A stretch of DNA of 64,000 nt, taken from an uncultured Dehalococcoidaceae bacterium. Lineage in GTDB: Bacteria; Chloroflexota; Dehalococcoidia; UBA2979. Location: NCBI GenBank assembly GCA_964479165.1, contig CAYZJO010000005.1:30659-94658 (forward strand), in the 5' to 3' direction. This document shows positions 48,004 to 58,890 of this stretch, piece by piece (position 1 is the stretch's first letter; every line of letters begins with the position of its first letter). A model generated the notes under the pieces. It saw nothing but the letters and a program-made list of their open reading frames with translations. It was not told the origin of the DNA and did not search any database. The position numbers and the translations under genes are program-made.

Positions 48004-48160
48004 CGTGGCACCAGTGTGGGACCGTCCTCGACGAACCGACAACTCGTCGCGCCCGCTGGCGGCACCAAGGGAGTGACATTCGCCCCTCGCCTCGGTGGAC
48101 CGCGCGACGCTATCCACAGTTGGACGATACGATGGGCGCCTCCCCGAACGAGATGACCGC

Positions 48161-50176
48161 GTGACGACTTCGCCCGCCACAGCCTCCGCACGCGACACGC
48201 TAACTCGCCACCGCGAGCGCATGCGGCAGGTCTTCGGCTACCCCGACTTCCGCGGAGGCCAGCCGGACGTGCTGCGCCTGCTCGACGACGGCGACGTCCT
48301 CGCCGTAATGCCGACCGGCAGCGGCAAGAGCCTCTGCTACGTGCTCCCAGCGCTCGATGCCGGACGGACGCTCGTCGTCTCTCCGCTCATCGCCCTGATG
48401 CAGGACCAGGTCGAGGGGTTGCAGCAGGTGGGCGTCGCGGCCTCGTTCATCAACTCAAACCTCGGGCGCGACGAGCAGAACGAACGCTACCTCGATTTCA
48501 TCCGCGGCAAGACGGCGCTGCTCTACGTCGCGCCGGAGCGCCTGGCGAACCAGCGGTTCGTCGAGGGCCTGCGACGGGCCGGCCTCAACCTGCTGGCCAT
48601 CGACGAGGCCCACTGCATCTCCGAATGGGGGCACGACTTCCGGCCCGACTACCTTTCGCTGGGCGCGGTCCGCGAGCAACTCGGGCTGCCTCGAACGCTG
48701 GCGCTGACGGCGACCGCCGACCCTCGCGTGCGCAGCGACATCCGCCAGCGGCTCGGCATCGGCAGCGCGCGCGAGGTCGTCACGTCCGTCGACCGGCCGA
48801 ACCTCCGCTACGCCGCCGTGCGCATGAAGTCGGACGGGGACCGCCAGGCGTGGCTGCGGCGGTACGTCGTCGAGCGCAAGGGGCAGGCCGGCATCGTCTA
48901 CGCGGGGACGCGCAAGGCGACCGAAGAGCTCGCCGAGGAGTTGCGACGCGTCGGCGTGCGCGCCACGGCGTACCACGCAGGCATGGGCCGCGAGGAGCGG
49001 GCAACGGCGCACCGCCGCTTCACGACCGGCGAGACCCCCGTCATCGTCGCGACCAACGCGTTCGGCATGGGTATCGACAAACCGGACGTGCGCTACGTCG
49101 TGCACTACCGGATGCCGGGCCGCCTCGAGGCGTACTACCAGGAGGCGGGGCGCGCGGGCCGCGACGGCGACCCCGCGGAGTGCACCCTCCTCTACGCGCC
49201 GCTCGACCGCCAGCGCCAGCAGCGCTTCATCGACGAGTCACACCCCGACGACGGCACGGTGCGCGACGCGTGGCGGCGCATGGTCGAACGCCAGCAGGCG
49301 ATCAACGACGGCGAAATCGCTGGCCCCGAGGAGGACGAAACCTTCGCCCAGATCGTGGCGGCGCTGCGGGCGTCGGGCCTGGTCGCGCCCGTCGGTCGCG
49401 CGCTCCTCTCCACCAACCCCGAGGCGCCGATCGACACGCGGCCGATCACCGAGCACCGGCGGCACGCCGAGGCACGCCTCGCGGAGATGACCGAGTACGC
49501 GGAGACCTCCGGCTGCCGCCGCGCGATGATCCTCCGCTACTTCGGGGAGGACGCTGACGGCCGCTGCGAGGGCTGTGACAACTGCCTCGGGCTCTCCGAG
49601 GGCGGCGCACCCTCGTACCCGGAGGACCTCTACGCCGCGCTGCTCGCCGTGCGCGACCGTGCCGCTGAGCGGTCCGAGCGCGATCCGCTCACCGTGCTGG
49701 ACTCACGCGCGATCCGCGAACTCGCGACCTACCGGCCCCACGACCATCGCGAGCTGCTCGAAGTGCGCGGCATCGGCGAGGTGCGTGCGCGCTGGCTGGG
49801 CGACGACCTGCTCGCCGCTATCGAGGACTGGGAGTCGCGTCACCCACAAGCCGAGCGTCCGCAGCGTGGGACGTTCTCGCCATCGGAGCAGCGCCGGGCG
49901 CGCGGTGTCGCGGAGGCGTCCCCGTACGACGACATCTCGCCTGACGATCCGGTCTACCGCGCCCTGCGAGAGTGGCGAGCCGAGCGTGCCCGCCGCGAGG
50001 GAGTTCCCGCCTACACCATCTTCTCGGACAAGACGCTGCGCGAACTCGCCGGCCGGAAGCCCCGAGACGTCGGCTCGCTGCTCCAGACGTGGGGACTCGG
50101 CAGCTCGCGCGTGGAGCGCTTCGGGCACGACCTCCTCGTCGCCATCGCCGAGGCGAGCGGCAGCCGACGCGTCTGA
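48161..50176 (+). CDS. recQ: RecQ-family helicase with two HRDC domains
   Basis: MPTGSGKS, IDEAHCISEWGHDFRP, FGMGIDK, YYQEAGRAGRDG, CRR...CEGCDNC, two HRDC-like C-terminal repeats; start inferred. Confidence 0.92.
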   Translation: MTTSPATASARDTLTRHRERMRQVFGYPDFRGGQPDVLRLLDDGDVLAVMPTGSGKSLCYVLPALDAGRTLVVSPLIALMQDQVEGLQQVGVAASFINSNLGRDEQNERYLDFIRGKTALLYVAPERLANQRFVEGLRRAGLNLLAIDEAHCISEWGHDFRPDYLSLGAVREQLGLPRTLALTATADPRVRSDIRQRLGIGSAREVVTSVDRPNLRYAAVRMKSDGDRQAWLRRYVVERKGQAGIVYAGTRKATEELAEELRRVGVRATAYHAGMGREERATAHRRFTTGETPVIVATNAFGMGIDKPDVRYVVHYRMPGRLEAYYQEAGRAGRDGDPAECTLLYAPLDRQRQQRFIDESHPDDGTVRDAWRRMVERQQAINDGEIAGPEEDETFAQIVAALRASGLVAPVGRALLSTNPEAPIDTRPITEHRRHAEARLAEMTEYAETSGCRRAMILRYFGEDADGRCEGCDNCLGLSEGGAPSYPEDLYAALLAVRDRAAERSERDPLTVLDSRAIRELATYRPHDHRELLEVRGIGEVRARWLGDDLLAAIEDWESRHPQAERPQRGTFSPSEQRRARGVAEASPYDDISPDDPVYRALREWRAERARREGVPAYTIFSDKTLRELAGRKPRDVGSLLQTWGLGSSRVERFGHDLLVAIAEASGSRRV

Positions 50177-50301
50177 CGACCTCCGGCGACTGTAGACCGA
50201 CGTAAACGACTGTGACGAAATCCATACTTGACCGGTAGAAATTCTCGATTAACGTGACGTGGTTGGTCCTCCCGGGCCGCACGTTGCGCGTCGGAGCGAG
50301 C

Positions 50302-51450
50302 ATGACCGAGCAGGCTGCCCCAAGGCGAGCATCGCGACCGGGAGCGATCGTGCCTGTCGAGTCCCCCGTCGCCCTCGAGGTGCCGCGCCTGCGCGTCTCA
50401 CTCCGGTCACGGTTCCTGCGCATCGCAGGGGTAACCGTCGGGCTCGTCGGTGTCCTGTTCCTGTTCGTCCTTGCGCTGAAGCTGCTTGCGGCCTCGGCTG
50501 GCGCGGTCGGCACCGTGCTGCGCCAGTTCGCCGTCGAGGGCGTCGTCAACTTCGTCGGCTTCGGCTGGCTGCTCGCCTACGGCGCCTTCTCGGGCTCGCC
50601 GGTCGCCGCGCTGTCGCTCTCGCTGCTCGAGGGCGGCGCGGTCGTGTCCCAGGAGGCGCTCGCGATGCTGGCGGGTTCCCGCCTCGGCGCCTCGATGGTG
50701 GTGGTGGTCGTCGGCTTCATCGCTTATGTCACAGGTCGCCGTCGTCCGGACGGCATCTACATCGGCGTCGTGGCGCTGCTCACGACCGCCACCGTGTACA
50801 TCCCCGCGACGTTCCTCGGTGTCTGGCTGCTCGACACCGGTTGGCTCGAGGCCCCCGCGCGCGCCATCCCCACCGGTTGGACCGACGCGCCGACTGCCGT
50901 CGTCAACCCGATCGTCTCGGCGCTGAGCGAGCGCCTGCCGGGCGCCCTGCTCTTCCTCCTCGGCGTCGGGACCCTGCTGGGCGCGTTCGCCCTCTTCGAC
51001 CGGCTCCTCCCAAACCTCGACCCACCGTCCGCGCGCTTCGAGCGGCTCTCGAGGCGGTTCGCAGCTCCTCGCTCGATGTTCCTCTTCGGCGCGCTCGTCA
51101 CCGCGATCACGATGTCGGTCGCGCTTTCGGTGACGATCCTCGTGCCACTGGCGATGAAGAACATCGTGCATCGCACACACGTCGTGCCCTACATCATGGG
51201 TGCGAACATCACGACCTTCATCGACACGCTCTTCGCAGCGCTGCTGGTGGACGCAGATTCCGCGCCGGTCGTCGTGCTGGCCGAGATGCTCGCGGTGACG
51301 GCGGTGTCCGTGGTGGTGCTGGCCTTCGCCTACGAGCCGTACTCGCGCGCCATCCTCGCCGTCGCGCAGCTGGTCTCGTCGCGACGCAAGGCGCTCGCCG
51401 TCTTCCTGCTGGCCTTCGTCGGGACGCCGCTGCTCTTGATGGCGCTCTAG
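50302..51450 (+). CDS. Na+/Pi cotransporter-like membrane protein
   Basis: GSRLGAS and GANITT re-entrant-loop-type repeats; multiple TMs. Confidence 0.7.
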   Translation: MTEQAAPRRASRPGAIVPVESPVALEVPRLRVSLRSRFLRIAGVTVGLVGVLFLFVLALKLLAASAGAVGTVLRQFAVEGVVNFVGFGWLLAYGAFSGSPVAALSLSLLEGGAVVSQEALAMLAGSRLGASMVVVVVGFIAYVTGRRRPDGIYIGVVALLTTATVYIPATFLGVWLLDTGWLEAPARAIPTGWTDAPTAVVNPIVSALSERLPGALLFLLGVGTLLGAFALFDRLLPNLDPPSARFERLSRRFAAPRSMFLFGALVTAITMSVALSVTILVPLAMKNIVHRTHVVPYIMGANITTFIDTLFAALLVDADSAPVVVLAEMLAVTAVSVVVLAFAYEPYSRAILAVAQLVSSRRKALAVFLLAFVGTPLLLMAL

Positions 51451-51454
51451 CGCC

Positions 51455-52759
51455 CTACCCGCCCGACACGACCTCCCCGAGGGCCGCGCGCGCTGCCTCG
51501 ATGGTGGCGTCGATCGTCGCCTCGTCGTGCGCCAGCGAAACGAACCACGCCTCGAACTGGGACGGCGGGAGCAGGACGCCCTGCTCGAGCATCGCGGCGT
51601 GGAATCGAGCGAACGCGTCGGTGTCGGACTCGCGCGCCTCGTCATAGTTGTGCGGTGGCTCGCCGCGGAAGAACGGCGTCAGCACAGACCCCACCCGCGA
51701 CACCGCCAGCTGCACGCCGGCCTCTGCCGCCGCGCGCTCGAGGCCAGCCTGCAGCCGCGCGCCCAGCTCCTCGAGGCGTGCGTACGCTCCCTCCGTTGCG
51801 GTGATGGCATCGAGCATCGCGATGCCGGCGGCCATCGCGAGCGGGTTACCGGAGAGCGTACCGGCCTGGTAGACGTCGCCGGCTGGCGCCATGCGCTCCA
51901 TCAGGCGCCTCGGCCCTCCGAAGGCGGCGACCGGCAGCCCGCCTCCGATCACCTTGCCGAGCGCCGTGAGGTCGGGCATGACGCCCGTCCGCTCCTGCGC
52001 ACCGCCGTAGGCGAGGCGGAAACCGGTGATCACCTCGTCGAAGATGAGCAGCGCCTCGTGGCGGTCGCAGAGCCCGCGCAGTCCCTCGAGGAAGCCGCGT
52101 GCAGGCGGGACGACGCCCATGTTGCCCGCGACCGGCTCGACGATGACGCACGCGATCTCGCCCGGATGCGCCTCGAAGGCCCGCTCGACCGCCGCGAGGT
52201 CGTTGTACGGCGCGAGCACCGTCTGCGCCGCGAACGCGGCAGGCACGCCGGGTGAGTCCGGCAGCCCGAGGGTCGCGACACCTGATCCGGCGGATGCGAG
52301 CAACCCGTCCGAGTGGCCGTGGTACCCGCCCTCGAACTTCAGCACCAGGTCGCGACCGGTGACCGCTCGTGCGAGGCGAAGCGCGGTCATCGTCGCCTCG
52401 GTGCCGGAGGAGACGAACCGCACCATCTCGATTGAGGGCACGGCCTCGATCACGCGCTCGGCGAGCTCCGCCTCCGCCTCGGTGGGCGCGCCGAAGGAGG
52501 TGCCACGCAGGGCCGCCTCGCGCACCGCCTCGACGACGGGCGGGAACGCGTGCCCGAAGAGCAGCGGGCCAAACGAGCACACGTAGTCGATGTACTCGTT
52601 GCCATCGACGTCGCGGACGCGCGCCCCAGTGCCGGAGTAAAGCACCACCGGCTCACCTCCAACGGCGCGATAGGCTCGCACCGGTGAGTCGACGCCTCCG
52701 GGCAGCAGCCCGCGCGCCCTCTCCATCACCTCTCGGGAGCGCGTGTGGTTCAGGCGCAT
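51455..52759 (-). CDS. hemL: Glutamate-1-semialdehyde 2,1-aminomutase
   Basis: [47 protein letters not shown]; start ATG 52757-52759. Confidence 0.97.
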   Translation of the reverse strand: MRLNHTRSREVMERARGLLPGGVDSPVRAYRAVGGEPVVLYSGTGARVRDVDGNEYIDYVCSFGPLLFGHAFPPVVEAVREAALRGTSFGAPTEAEAELAERVIEAVPSIEMVRFVSSGTEATMTALRLARAVTGRDLVLKFEGGYHGHSDGLLASAGSGVATLGLPDSPGVPAAFAAQTVLAPYNDLAAVERAFEAHPGEIACVIVEPVAGNMGVVPPARGFLEGLRGLCDRHEALLIFDEVITGFRLAYGGAQERTGVMPDLTALGKVIGGGLPVAAFGGPRRLMERMAPAGDVYQAGTLSGNPLAMAAGIAMLDAITATEGAYARLEELGARLQAGLERAAAEAGVQLAVSRVGSVLTPFFRGEPPHNYDEARESDTDAFARFHAAMLEQGVLLPPSQFEAWFVSLAHDEATIDATIEAARAALGEVVSGG

Positions 52760-53109
52760 GGGATCAGCCTCGAGTCTGGCCCAGCGGGGTCCCCGAGAGT
52801 AGCTCTCCCCGCTCGTGGTGAGCCTGTCGAACCACGAGCCTTCGCAAGCGACGGGAGGCTCGCCCACTCCCCTCGCGCCAGCGCTTCCTTCTTGGCTCGA
52901 GTCCAACCCTTGATCTGGCGCTCACGTTGGAACGCCTCATCCCGCGTTCCCATTTCTTCCTGCCAGACGAGTGTTACGGGGCGTCGAGTTCGGGTGTATC
53001 CCGAGTACGCTCCCGTCTCGTGCCCAACGATTCGCGCCTCGAGATCATCTGTGTGCCCGAGGTAGTAGGACCCGTCCGAGCAGCGGAGCATGTACACCCA
53101 GAAGCTCAA
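52750..53109 (-). CDS. GIY-YIG nuclease (YhbQ/UPF0213-like)
   Basis: [17 protein letters not shown]...RPVTLVW...[16 protein letters not shown]. Confidence 0.88.
   Translation of the reverse strand: MSFWVYMLRCSDGSYYLGHTDDLEARIVGHETGAYSGYTRTRRPVTLVWQEEMGTRDEAFQRERQIKGWTRAKKEALARGEWASLPSLAKARGSTGSPRAGRATLGDPAGPDSRLIPCA
52811..52839. repeat. REP-like family B copy, 3' side of GIY-YIG gene
   Basis: GCTCGTGGT-GAGCCTGTCGA-ACCACGAGC, 9-bp stem, 11-nt loop. Confidence 0.8.
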
Positions 53110-53133
53110 CGGAAGGACCGCTCTCCGAACGCC

Positions 53134-53162
53134 GCTCGCCCTTCGACAGGCTCAGGGTGAGC
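53134..53162. repeat. REP-like family B copy, 5' side of GIY-YIG gene (inverted)
   Basis: GCTCGCCCT-TCGACAGGCTC-AGGGTGAGC; loop is the reverse complement of the 52820-52830 loop. Confidence 0.8.
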
Positions 53163-53272
53163 GGGAGAGGAAGGCTCAAGGTGAGCGCGCGGGAGGAGGG
53201 AGGCAGGGTGGGCGCGGAAAAAGGCCACCAGGCTCGGTCCCGTTGCGAAACGGTCGTGCCGTGCGACGACCG

Positions 53273-54277
53273 TCACGACTGCCCGTCCCCCAGCCAGCGC
53301 GCGGCCTCCTTCGCGTGGTAAGTGATGAGGATGTCTGCGCCGGCACGGCGGATCGAGGTGAGCGTTTCGAGGATGATGCGGCGCTCGTCCAGCCAGCCGT
53401 TCGCGGCCGCCGCCTTCACCATCGCGTACTCGCCGGAGACGTTGTAGGCGGCCAGCGGGAGGTCCGTGCGCTCGCGGACGCGGGCGATCACGTCGAGGTA
53501 GGCCAGCGCCGGCTTCACCATGACGATGTCAGCGTCTTCGAGGATGTCCGCCTCGACCTCGCGGAGGGCTTCACGCGCGTTGGCGGGGTCCATCTGGTAC
53601 CCGCGACGGTCGCCGAACGCCGGGGCGGAGTCGGCGGCTTCACGGAAGGGGCCGTAGTAGGCCGAGGCGTACTTCGCGCTGTAGGCCATGATCGGCGTCG
53701 CCTCGAAGCCTGAGTCGTCGAGGGCGTCGCGGATCGAGCCGACGCGGCCGTCCATCATGTCCGAGGGCGCGACGACGTCCGCGCCCGCTTCGGCCATCGA
53801 GACGGCCATCCTCGACAGCAATTCCAGCGACGGGTCGTTGTCCACCTCGCCCGAGGGCGTCAGCAAGCCGCAGTGGCCGTGGTCGGTGTACTCGCAGAGG
53901 CAGATGTCGGCGATGACGGCCAGCTCGGGGTCGGCCTGCTTCAGCGCGCGGATCGCCTGCTGCACGATGCCGTTCGCGTGGTAGCCCTCGGTGCCCTCGG
54001 GGTCTTTCGAGGCGGGGATGCCGAACAGCAGCACCGCGCGCACCCCGAGCCAGCGCAGCTCCGCGGCCTCGGCCTCTAGCTGGTCGAGCGAGAGCCGGAA
54101 CTGGCCCGGCATCGACTCGATCGGCTGCCGCACGTCCGCGCCATGGGTGACGAAGAGCGGGTAGACGAACTGCTCGGGATCGAGGCGCGTCTCGCGGACG
54201 AGGCCACGCAGCGCCTCGGTGCGCCGGGTTCGCCGTGTACGGGTGAATGATTGCGTCCGCCGCCCGACTGTCGTCAC
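53273..54277 (-). CDS. hemB: Porphobilinogen synthase
   Basis: [45 protein letters not shown]. Confidence 0.97.
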   Translation of the reverse strand: MTTVGRRTQSFTRTRRTRRTEALRGLVRETRLDPEQFVYPLFVTHGADVRQPIESMPGQFRLSLDQLEAEAAELRWLGVRAVLLFGIPASKDPEGTEGYHANGIVQQAIRALKQADPELAVIADICLCEYTDHGHCGLLTPSGEVDNDPSLELLSRMAVSMAEAGADVVAPSDMMDGRVGSIRDALDDSGFEATPIMAYSAKYASAYYGPFREAADSAPAFGDRRGYQMDPANAREALREVEADILEDADIVMVKPALAYLDVIARVRERTDLPLAAYNVSGEYAMVKAAAANGWLDERRIILETLTSIRRAGADILITYHAKEAARWLGDGQS

Positions 54278-55854
54278 CGCACCACCTCCCGGGGCTTGCG
54301 CGCCTCGACGCGATCATCCGAGGCGAGCGCCCGCGCCGCAAAGCCGTCCCGCAACGCGTCAATGAGGCCGGGCACCGTGTGTTGGTCGGCGACGACGTCG
54401 GGCAGCAGTCCAAACTCGCGCGCCGTCGCCGCGGTCGACGGACCGATGCAGGCGACGAGCGCGCCCCGCAACGCACCGAAGTCTCCTCCGAGAACGGTGG
54501 CGAGGTTGCGCACGGTCGAGGACGAAGTGAATGTCACGGCGTCCATCTCGCCGGCGCGGACCAGCGCGAGCGCCTCGGCGGGTGGCTCGGCCGGGGGTGC
54601 TGCGACGTAGAGCCGCACCTCGTCGACTGCGGCGCCGGCGGCTCGGAGGCCGTCCGGGAGCGCCGCGCGGCCACCCTCGGCGCGCGGCAGCAGCACCGAG
54701 ACGCCCTCAAGGCCGGTGACGCCAAGTGCTTCGACCACGGATTCCGCGATTGCCTCCGCGGGCACGAGGTCCGCGATCAACCCGCGCGCCCGCAGCGCCT
54801 GCGCCGTCCCCGGTCCGATCGCACAGAGGCGCGTCGAGGCGAAGGCGCGCGCGTCCGCACCAAGGTCGGCGAGTAGGTCGAGCGTCGTCTCGACCGCATT
54901 GGCCGAGGTGAAAACGGTCCAGGCGTACTCGCCCGCGCGCAGCCTCGCGAGGGGAGCCGCGAGCGCGCCTTCTTCGGCGCGGCGCTCCAGCTCGATCGCG
55001 GGGAGCAGCACCGGATGCGCCCCTTCGGCGTGCAGCAACTCCGCGAGCGTCGAGGCCTGGCGCCGGGTCCGCGTGATCAGCACACGCTTCCCGGCGAGCG
55101 GCCCGCCCGCCTCCGCAATACGCGACTGCAACCCGACGACGTCGCCGACGACCAGCAACGAGGGCGCGCCGATCCCCGAGGTGCGCGCCGCCTCCGCGAT
55201 CGTCTCGAGCGTTGCGGTCACGACGCGCTGGCGGGGGGTCGTCGCCGCGTGCACGAGGGCCGCGGGGGTCGAGGCGTCGCGGCCACCATCGATGATGGCG
55301 CGCGCCAACTCCTCGAGGCGTCCGACGCCCATGAGAACGACGAGCGTGTCGGCGGCGTTCGCCATCCGCGACCAGTCGACGGACTGGCCGGGCTTCGTCG
55401 GATCCTCGTGGCCGGTGATGACGGCGAAGGACGACGCAACGCCTCGATGCGTCACGGGGATGCCTCCGGCAGCGACGCCGCCGATGGCCGACGTGATGCC
55501 GGGGATGACCGTGCAGGGGATACCTGCTTCGCCGAGCGCGAGCGCTTCCTCACCGCCGCGACCGAGGACGTACGGGTCACCACCCTTGAGCCGCACGACG
55601 CGCTTCCCCGCAAGCCCGTGCTCTACAAGCGCCGCGTTGATCTCGTCCTGGGTCATCGCGTGGTTGTTCGGCGCCTTGCCGGCGTTCAACAGCAACGCGC
55701 GGGGAGCGCACTCCTCGAGGAGCTCCGCGGGCGCGAGGCGGTCGTAGAGGACGACCTCTGCGCGACGCAGCGCCTCGAGGCCCGCGACCGTGATCAGACG
55801 CGGATCCCCGGGGCCTGCGCCAACGAGCCAGACGTGGCCGACTCGGCTGCTCAT
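54274..55854 (-). CDS. cobA-hemD: Uroporphyrinogen-III C-methyltransferase / uroporphyrinogen-III synthase fusion
   Basis: [21 protein letters not shown]; then VLITR, FTSAN, AIGPGTA, FTSSSTV, CIGPSTA. Confidence 0.95.
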   Translation of the reverse strand: MSSRVGHVWLVGAGPGDPRLITVAGLEALRRAEVVLYDRLAPAELLEECAPRALLLNAGKAPNNHAMTQDEINAALVEHGLAGKRVVRLKGGDPYVLGRGGEEALALGEAGIPCTVIPGITSAIGGVAAGGIPVTHRGVASSFAVITGHEDPTKPGQSVDWSRMANAADTLVVLMGVGRLEELARAIIDGGRDASTPAALVHAATTPRQRVVTATLETIAEAARTSGIGAPSLLVVGDVVGLQSRIAEAGGPLAGKRVLITRTRRQASTLAELLHAEGAHPVLLPAIELERRAEEGALAAPLARLRAGEYAWTVFTSANAVETTLDLLADLGADARAFASTRLCAIGPGTAQALRARGLIADLVPAEAIAESVVEALGVTGLEGVSVLLPRAEGGRAALPDGLRAAGAAVDEVRLYVAAPPAEPPAEALALVRAGEMDAVTFTSSSTVRNLATVLGGDFGALRGALVACIGPSTAATAREFGLLPDVVADQHTVPGLIDALRDGFAARALASDDRVEARKPREVVR

Positions 55855-56777
55855 GCCGCGCCTCCGACGGCCGCGAGCATCCGTGCTCCGAGTTCGCGGC
55901 CCAGCGCCTCGGCATCCTCAACCGCACCGGCGATCTCGTCGAAGCGCTGTGCGGAGTGCTCCGCGCCGTCGTCTGCCCCAAGGAAGCCGTGCAACGTGAG
56001 CGTTCCACCCTCGACGCGCGCGTACGCTCCGACGGGCAGCGAGCAGCCCGACCCCAGCGCCGCCAGGAAGCCTCGCTCGGCGTCGGTGGCGAGGTGCGTC
56101 TCGCGGTCGTCGATGGCCGCCAGGCGCTCGAGCGCGGCGGTGTCATCGGCGCGGCACTGCACGACGATCGCGCCCTGTCCGGGTGCGGGGAGGAAGCGCT
56201 CCGGCTCGAAGAGCTCCGTCGCTTCGGCGATACGGCCGAGCCGCTCGAGGCCGGCGGCCGCGAGGATGGCGGCGTCGTACTCGCCCTCGGCGACCTTGCG
56301 CAGTCGCGTGTCGACGTTGCCTCGGATCTCAGCGGTCTCGAGGTCCGGCCGCAGCGCGCGCAGGAGCGCGGCACGGCGTCGCGACGAGGTCCCGACGCGG
56401 GCGCCGGCCGGCAGATCCGCCAGCGCGCGCCCTTCCCGCCCGACCAGCGCGTCGCGGAGGTCGGCGCGCGGCAGTACGGCGGCGAGTGTCAGGCCGGGCA
56501 GTTGTGTCGTTGGCATGTCCTTGAGCGAGTGCACCGCGATGTCGGCGCGGCCCTCGAGCAGTGCCTCCTCCACCGCGCGCACGAAGACGCCACGGCCTCC
56601 GAGGACGGAGAGCGGCGTCGAGCGGTCGCGATCGCCCTCGGTCCGCACCTCGACGTTCTCGACGACGAGGGCGGGGTCGAGGGCGCGCAGCGCATCCGCG
56701 ACGAGCGCGGTCTGGATGAGCGCGAGCGCGGAACCGCGCGTTGCGGCTCGCAGGATCCCGGGGGCTGAGGTGATCAT
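55851..56777 (-). CDS. hemC: Hydroxymethylbilane synthase
   Basis: TRGSALAL, VHSLKDMP, GTSSRRR, IRGNVDTRL, PAPGQG, GSGCSLP. Confidence 0.97.
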   Translation of the reverse strand: MITSAPGILRAATRGSALALIQTALVADALRALDPALVVENVEVRTEGDRDRSTPLSVLGGRGVFVRAVEEALLEGRADIAVHSLKDMPTTQLPGLTLAAVLPRADLRDALVGREGRALADLPAGARVGTSSRRRAALLRALRPDLETAEIRGNVDTRLRKVAEGEYDAAILAAAGLERLGRIAEATELFEPERFLPAPGQGAIVVQCRADDTAALERLAAIDDRETHLATDAERGFLAALGSGCSLPVGAYARVEGGTLTLHGFLGADDGAEHSAQRFDEIAGAVEDAEALGRELGARMLAAVGGAA

Positions 56778-58087
56778 CCCTCGTCGCCAACGCTGATGCC
56801 GCCCGCCCAGGCATCGACGGTGTCCGAGTCGATCGTCGGGACAGGCGCTGTCGGGTCATCGAGGGCAAAGAGGCTGCGCGCGAGACTCACATACTCGTCG
56901 CGGTCGCCCCGTTGGCGGAGCGTCCGGATCGGGTCGTGCAGGATCTGGCGCACCAGCGCACGGGTGAGCGCGTCGAGTTGCTGGCGAACGTCCTCGGTGG
57001 GTCGGAGCGACCGCAACGTGCGCTCGAGTTGCTCCACCCGCATGCGCTCGGCGCGCTCCGTGAGCTCTGCGATCGTCGGAACGACGTCCAGTAGTTCCCA
57101 CCAGTCGCGGAAGCGTTCCGCTTCGGCACGCACGATGGAGCGCACCGCCTCGACCTCTGATGCCCGCGCCGCGCCGTTGCTCTCGGAGATGCGCTGGAGG
57201 TCGTCAAGGTCGCGGTAGACGACGCCGGGGAGCCACCGCACCTCCGGGTCGAAATCACGCGGTACCGCGATATCGATGATCAGCAGCGGGCGCTCGCCGC
57301 GCGACCGCAGGGCAGCCTCGAGTCCTTGCCTCGATACGAGGTGTTCCGCTGAACCCGAAGCCGTGATCACGATGTCCGCATCGCCGACCGCATCAAGCAG
57401 CCCGCCAAACGACACCACACGCGCTCCGAGGTCAGCCGCAAGCGCCTCGGCGCGCTCGCCGGTGCGGTTTACGACCGTCACATCCGATGCGCCTCGGTCG
57501 ATCAGTCCCTCGGCGGCCGCTCGCCCGGCTTCCCCTGCCCCAATCACGAGAACCTTCGCGTCTTCGAGGTGGTTGTGGAGGGCGAGCGCCTCGTGCACCG
57601 CGATCGAGGAGACCGACAACGCGTGGCGACCGATCCCGGTCTCGACGCGAGCACGACGTCCGACACGGAGCGCGGTGTGGAAGAGCCGCGACAGGAGTGC
57701 GTCATCGACGCCCGTGGCCACCGAGATCGAGAACGCCTGGCGCACCTGACCCAGGATCTCCGGCTCGCCGATGACCATCGACTCGATGCCTGCGGCCACC
57801 GCGTAGATGTGCTCGACCGCCTCGACATCCCGCCGGGCGTGGAAGTAGCGGTGCGCGAGCGTCCCGTCGAGGCCGGCCTGCGCCGCAACGAAGTCCGTGA
57901 CCTCCTCCCGCTCGTGATCGCCGGCGAGATAGATCTCGAAGCGGTTGCAGGTGTTCAGCACGGCGCAGGCGCCGAACCGCGAGTGCAGGTGATCGAGCAG
58001 CAAGGGGACGTTGTCAGCGCCGATCGCGAGGTGCTCCCGCACCTCTAGAGGAGCGTCGCGGTGGCTGGTGCCAACGAGCGTGAGCAT
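56774..58087 (-). CDS. hemA: Glutamyl-tRNA reductase
   Basis: TCNRFE, GEPEILGQ, IGAGEAG, DIAVPRD. Confidence 0.96.
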   Translation of the reverse strand: MLTLVGTSHRDAPLEVREHLAIGADNVPLLLDHLHSRFGACAVLNTCNRFEIYLAGDHEREEVTDFVAAQAGLDGTLAHRYFHARRDVEAVEHIYAVAAGIESMVIGEPEILGQVRQAFSISVATGVDDALLSRLFHTALRVGRRARVETGIGRHALSVSSIAVHEALALHNHLEDAKVLVIGAGEAGRAAAEGLIDRGASDVTVVNRTGERAEALAADLGARVVSFGGLLDAVGDADIVITASGSAEHLVSRQGLEAALRSRGERPLLIIDIAVPRDFDPEVRWLPGVVYRDLDDLQRISESNGAARASEVEAVRSIVRAEAERFRDWWELLDVVPTIAELTERAERMRVEQLERTLRSLRPTEDVRQQLDALTRALVRQILHDPIRTLRQRGDRDEYVSLARSLFALDDPTAPVPTIDSDTVDAWAGGISVGDEG

Positions 58088-58110
58088 TGGAGGCTACCCG
58101 ACCCCGCGGA

Positions 58111-58824
58111 CTACGCCCGCGCCAGTAGCGGCTGATCGATACCGAGCGACGCCACGAGGCGGGCCTTGGCGTCCTCGTAGCGGCCGTCGCGCAGGAGACT
58201 CATCAACTCGCCGTCGATTGCCTCCTGCCAGCGGTCGGCGGGGACGCGATTCGGGCAAGCATCGCACAGCAGCGGCGGCGGAGTGCGTACGCGGTCGCAT
58301 GTCGAGGCGCACTCGCGGTCCCGCGCACGAGCGAGCACGCGAACCTCGGCGAGCAGGTCCGCGAGCGCAACCACCTCCTCGGAGAGGAAGTCCTCCATGC
58401 GTTCCCGCAACCAGCGAGCGAGCGCCGGGCTCGAGCCCCCGGTCGAGGACGCGATGGCGATCTTCCCGCGCGAGGCGAGTGAGGGGAGGATGAAGTCGCA
58501 GTTGTCGACGTCGTCGGCGGCGTTCACCCAGATCTTGCGTGCGCGGGCCTCATCAGCCACGAAGCGGTTTACCTCGCCATCGTCCGTCGCGACCATCACG
58601 AGATCGTAGCCCTCGACGTCACCGGACTGGTACGTGCGGTCCAGCAGCCGCGCCCGGCCCTGATCGATAAACGCCTGGACCTGCGGAATGCGCTCGGGCG
58701 CGACGACGGTCACATCCGCCTCGGAGTCGACCAGCTTCCCGATCTTCTCAAGCGCGACGTGACCGCCGCCGACCAGGATGACGCGACGACCGCGCATTTC
58801 GACAAAGATCGGGTAATAGCCCAT
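58111..58824 (-). CDS. sirC: Precorrin-2 dehydrogenase / sirohydrochlorin ferrochelatase (SirC/CysG-N)
   Basis: VGGGHVALEK, ATDD, VNAADD, CDFILPS, STGGSSPALA; extra Cys4 segment near C-terminus. Confidence 0.85.
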   Translation of the reverse strand: MGYYPIFVEMRGRRVILVGGGHVALEKIGKLVDSEADVTVVAPERIPQVQAFIDQGRARLLDRTYQSGDVEGYDLVMVATDDGEVNRFVADEARARKIWVNAADDVDNCDFILPSLASRGKIAIASSTGGSSPALARWLRERMEDFLSEEVVALADLLAEVRVLARARDRECASTCDRVRTPPPLLCDACPNRVPADRWQEAIDGELMSLLRDGRYEDAKARLVASLGIDQPLLARA

Positions 58825-58890
58825 CGTTCCCTCTGACTCGGTCTGGTTTCTCGACGGACGCGACCGCTTCGGCCGCGATGCCTGCCTGTG

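Noticed and set aside
48161-50176. RecQ with two HRDC domains as a novelty
   Set aside because: Multi-HRDC RecQ variants are well known
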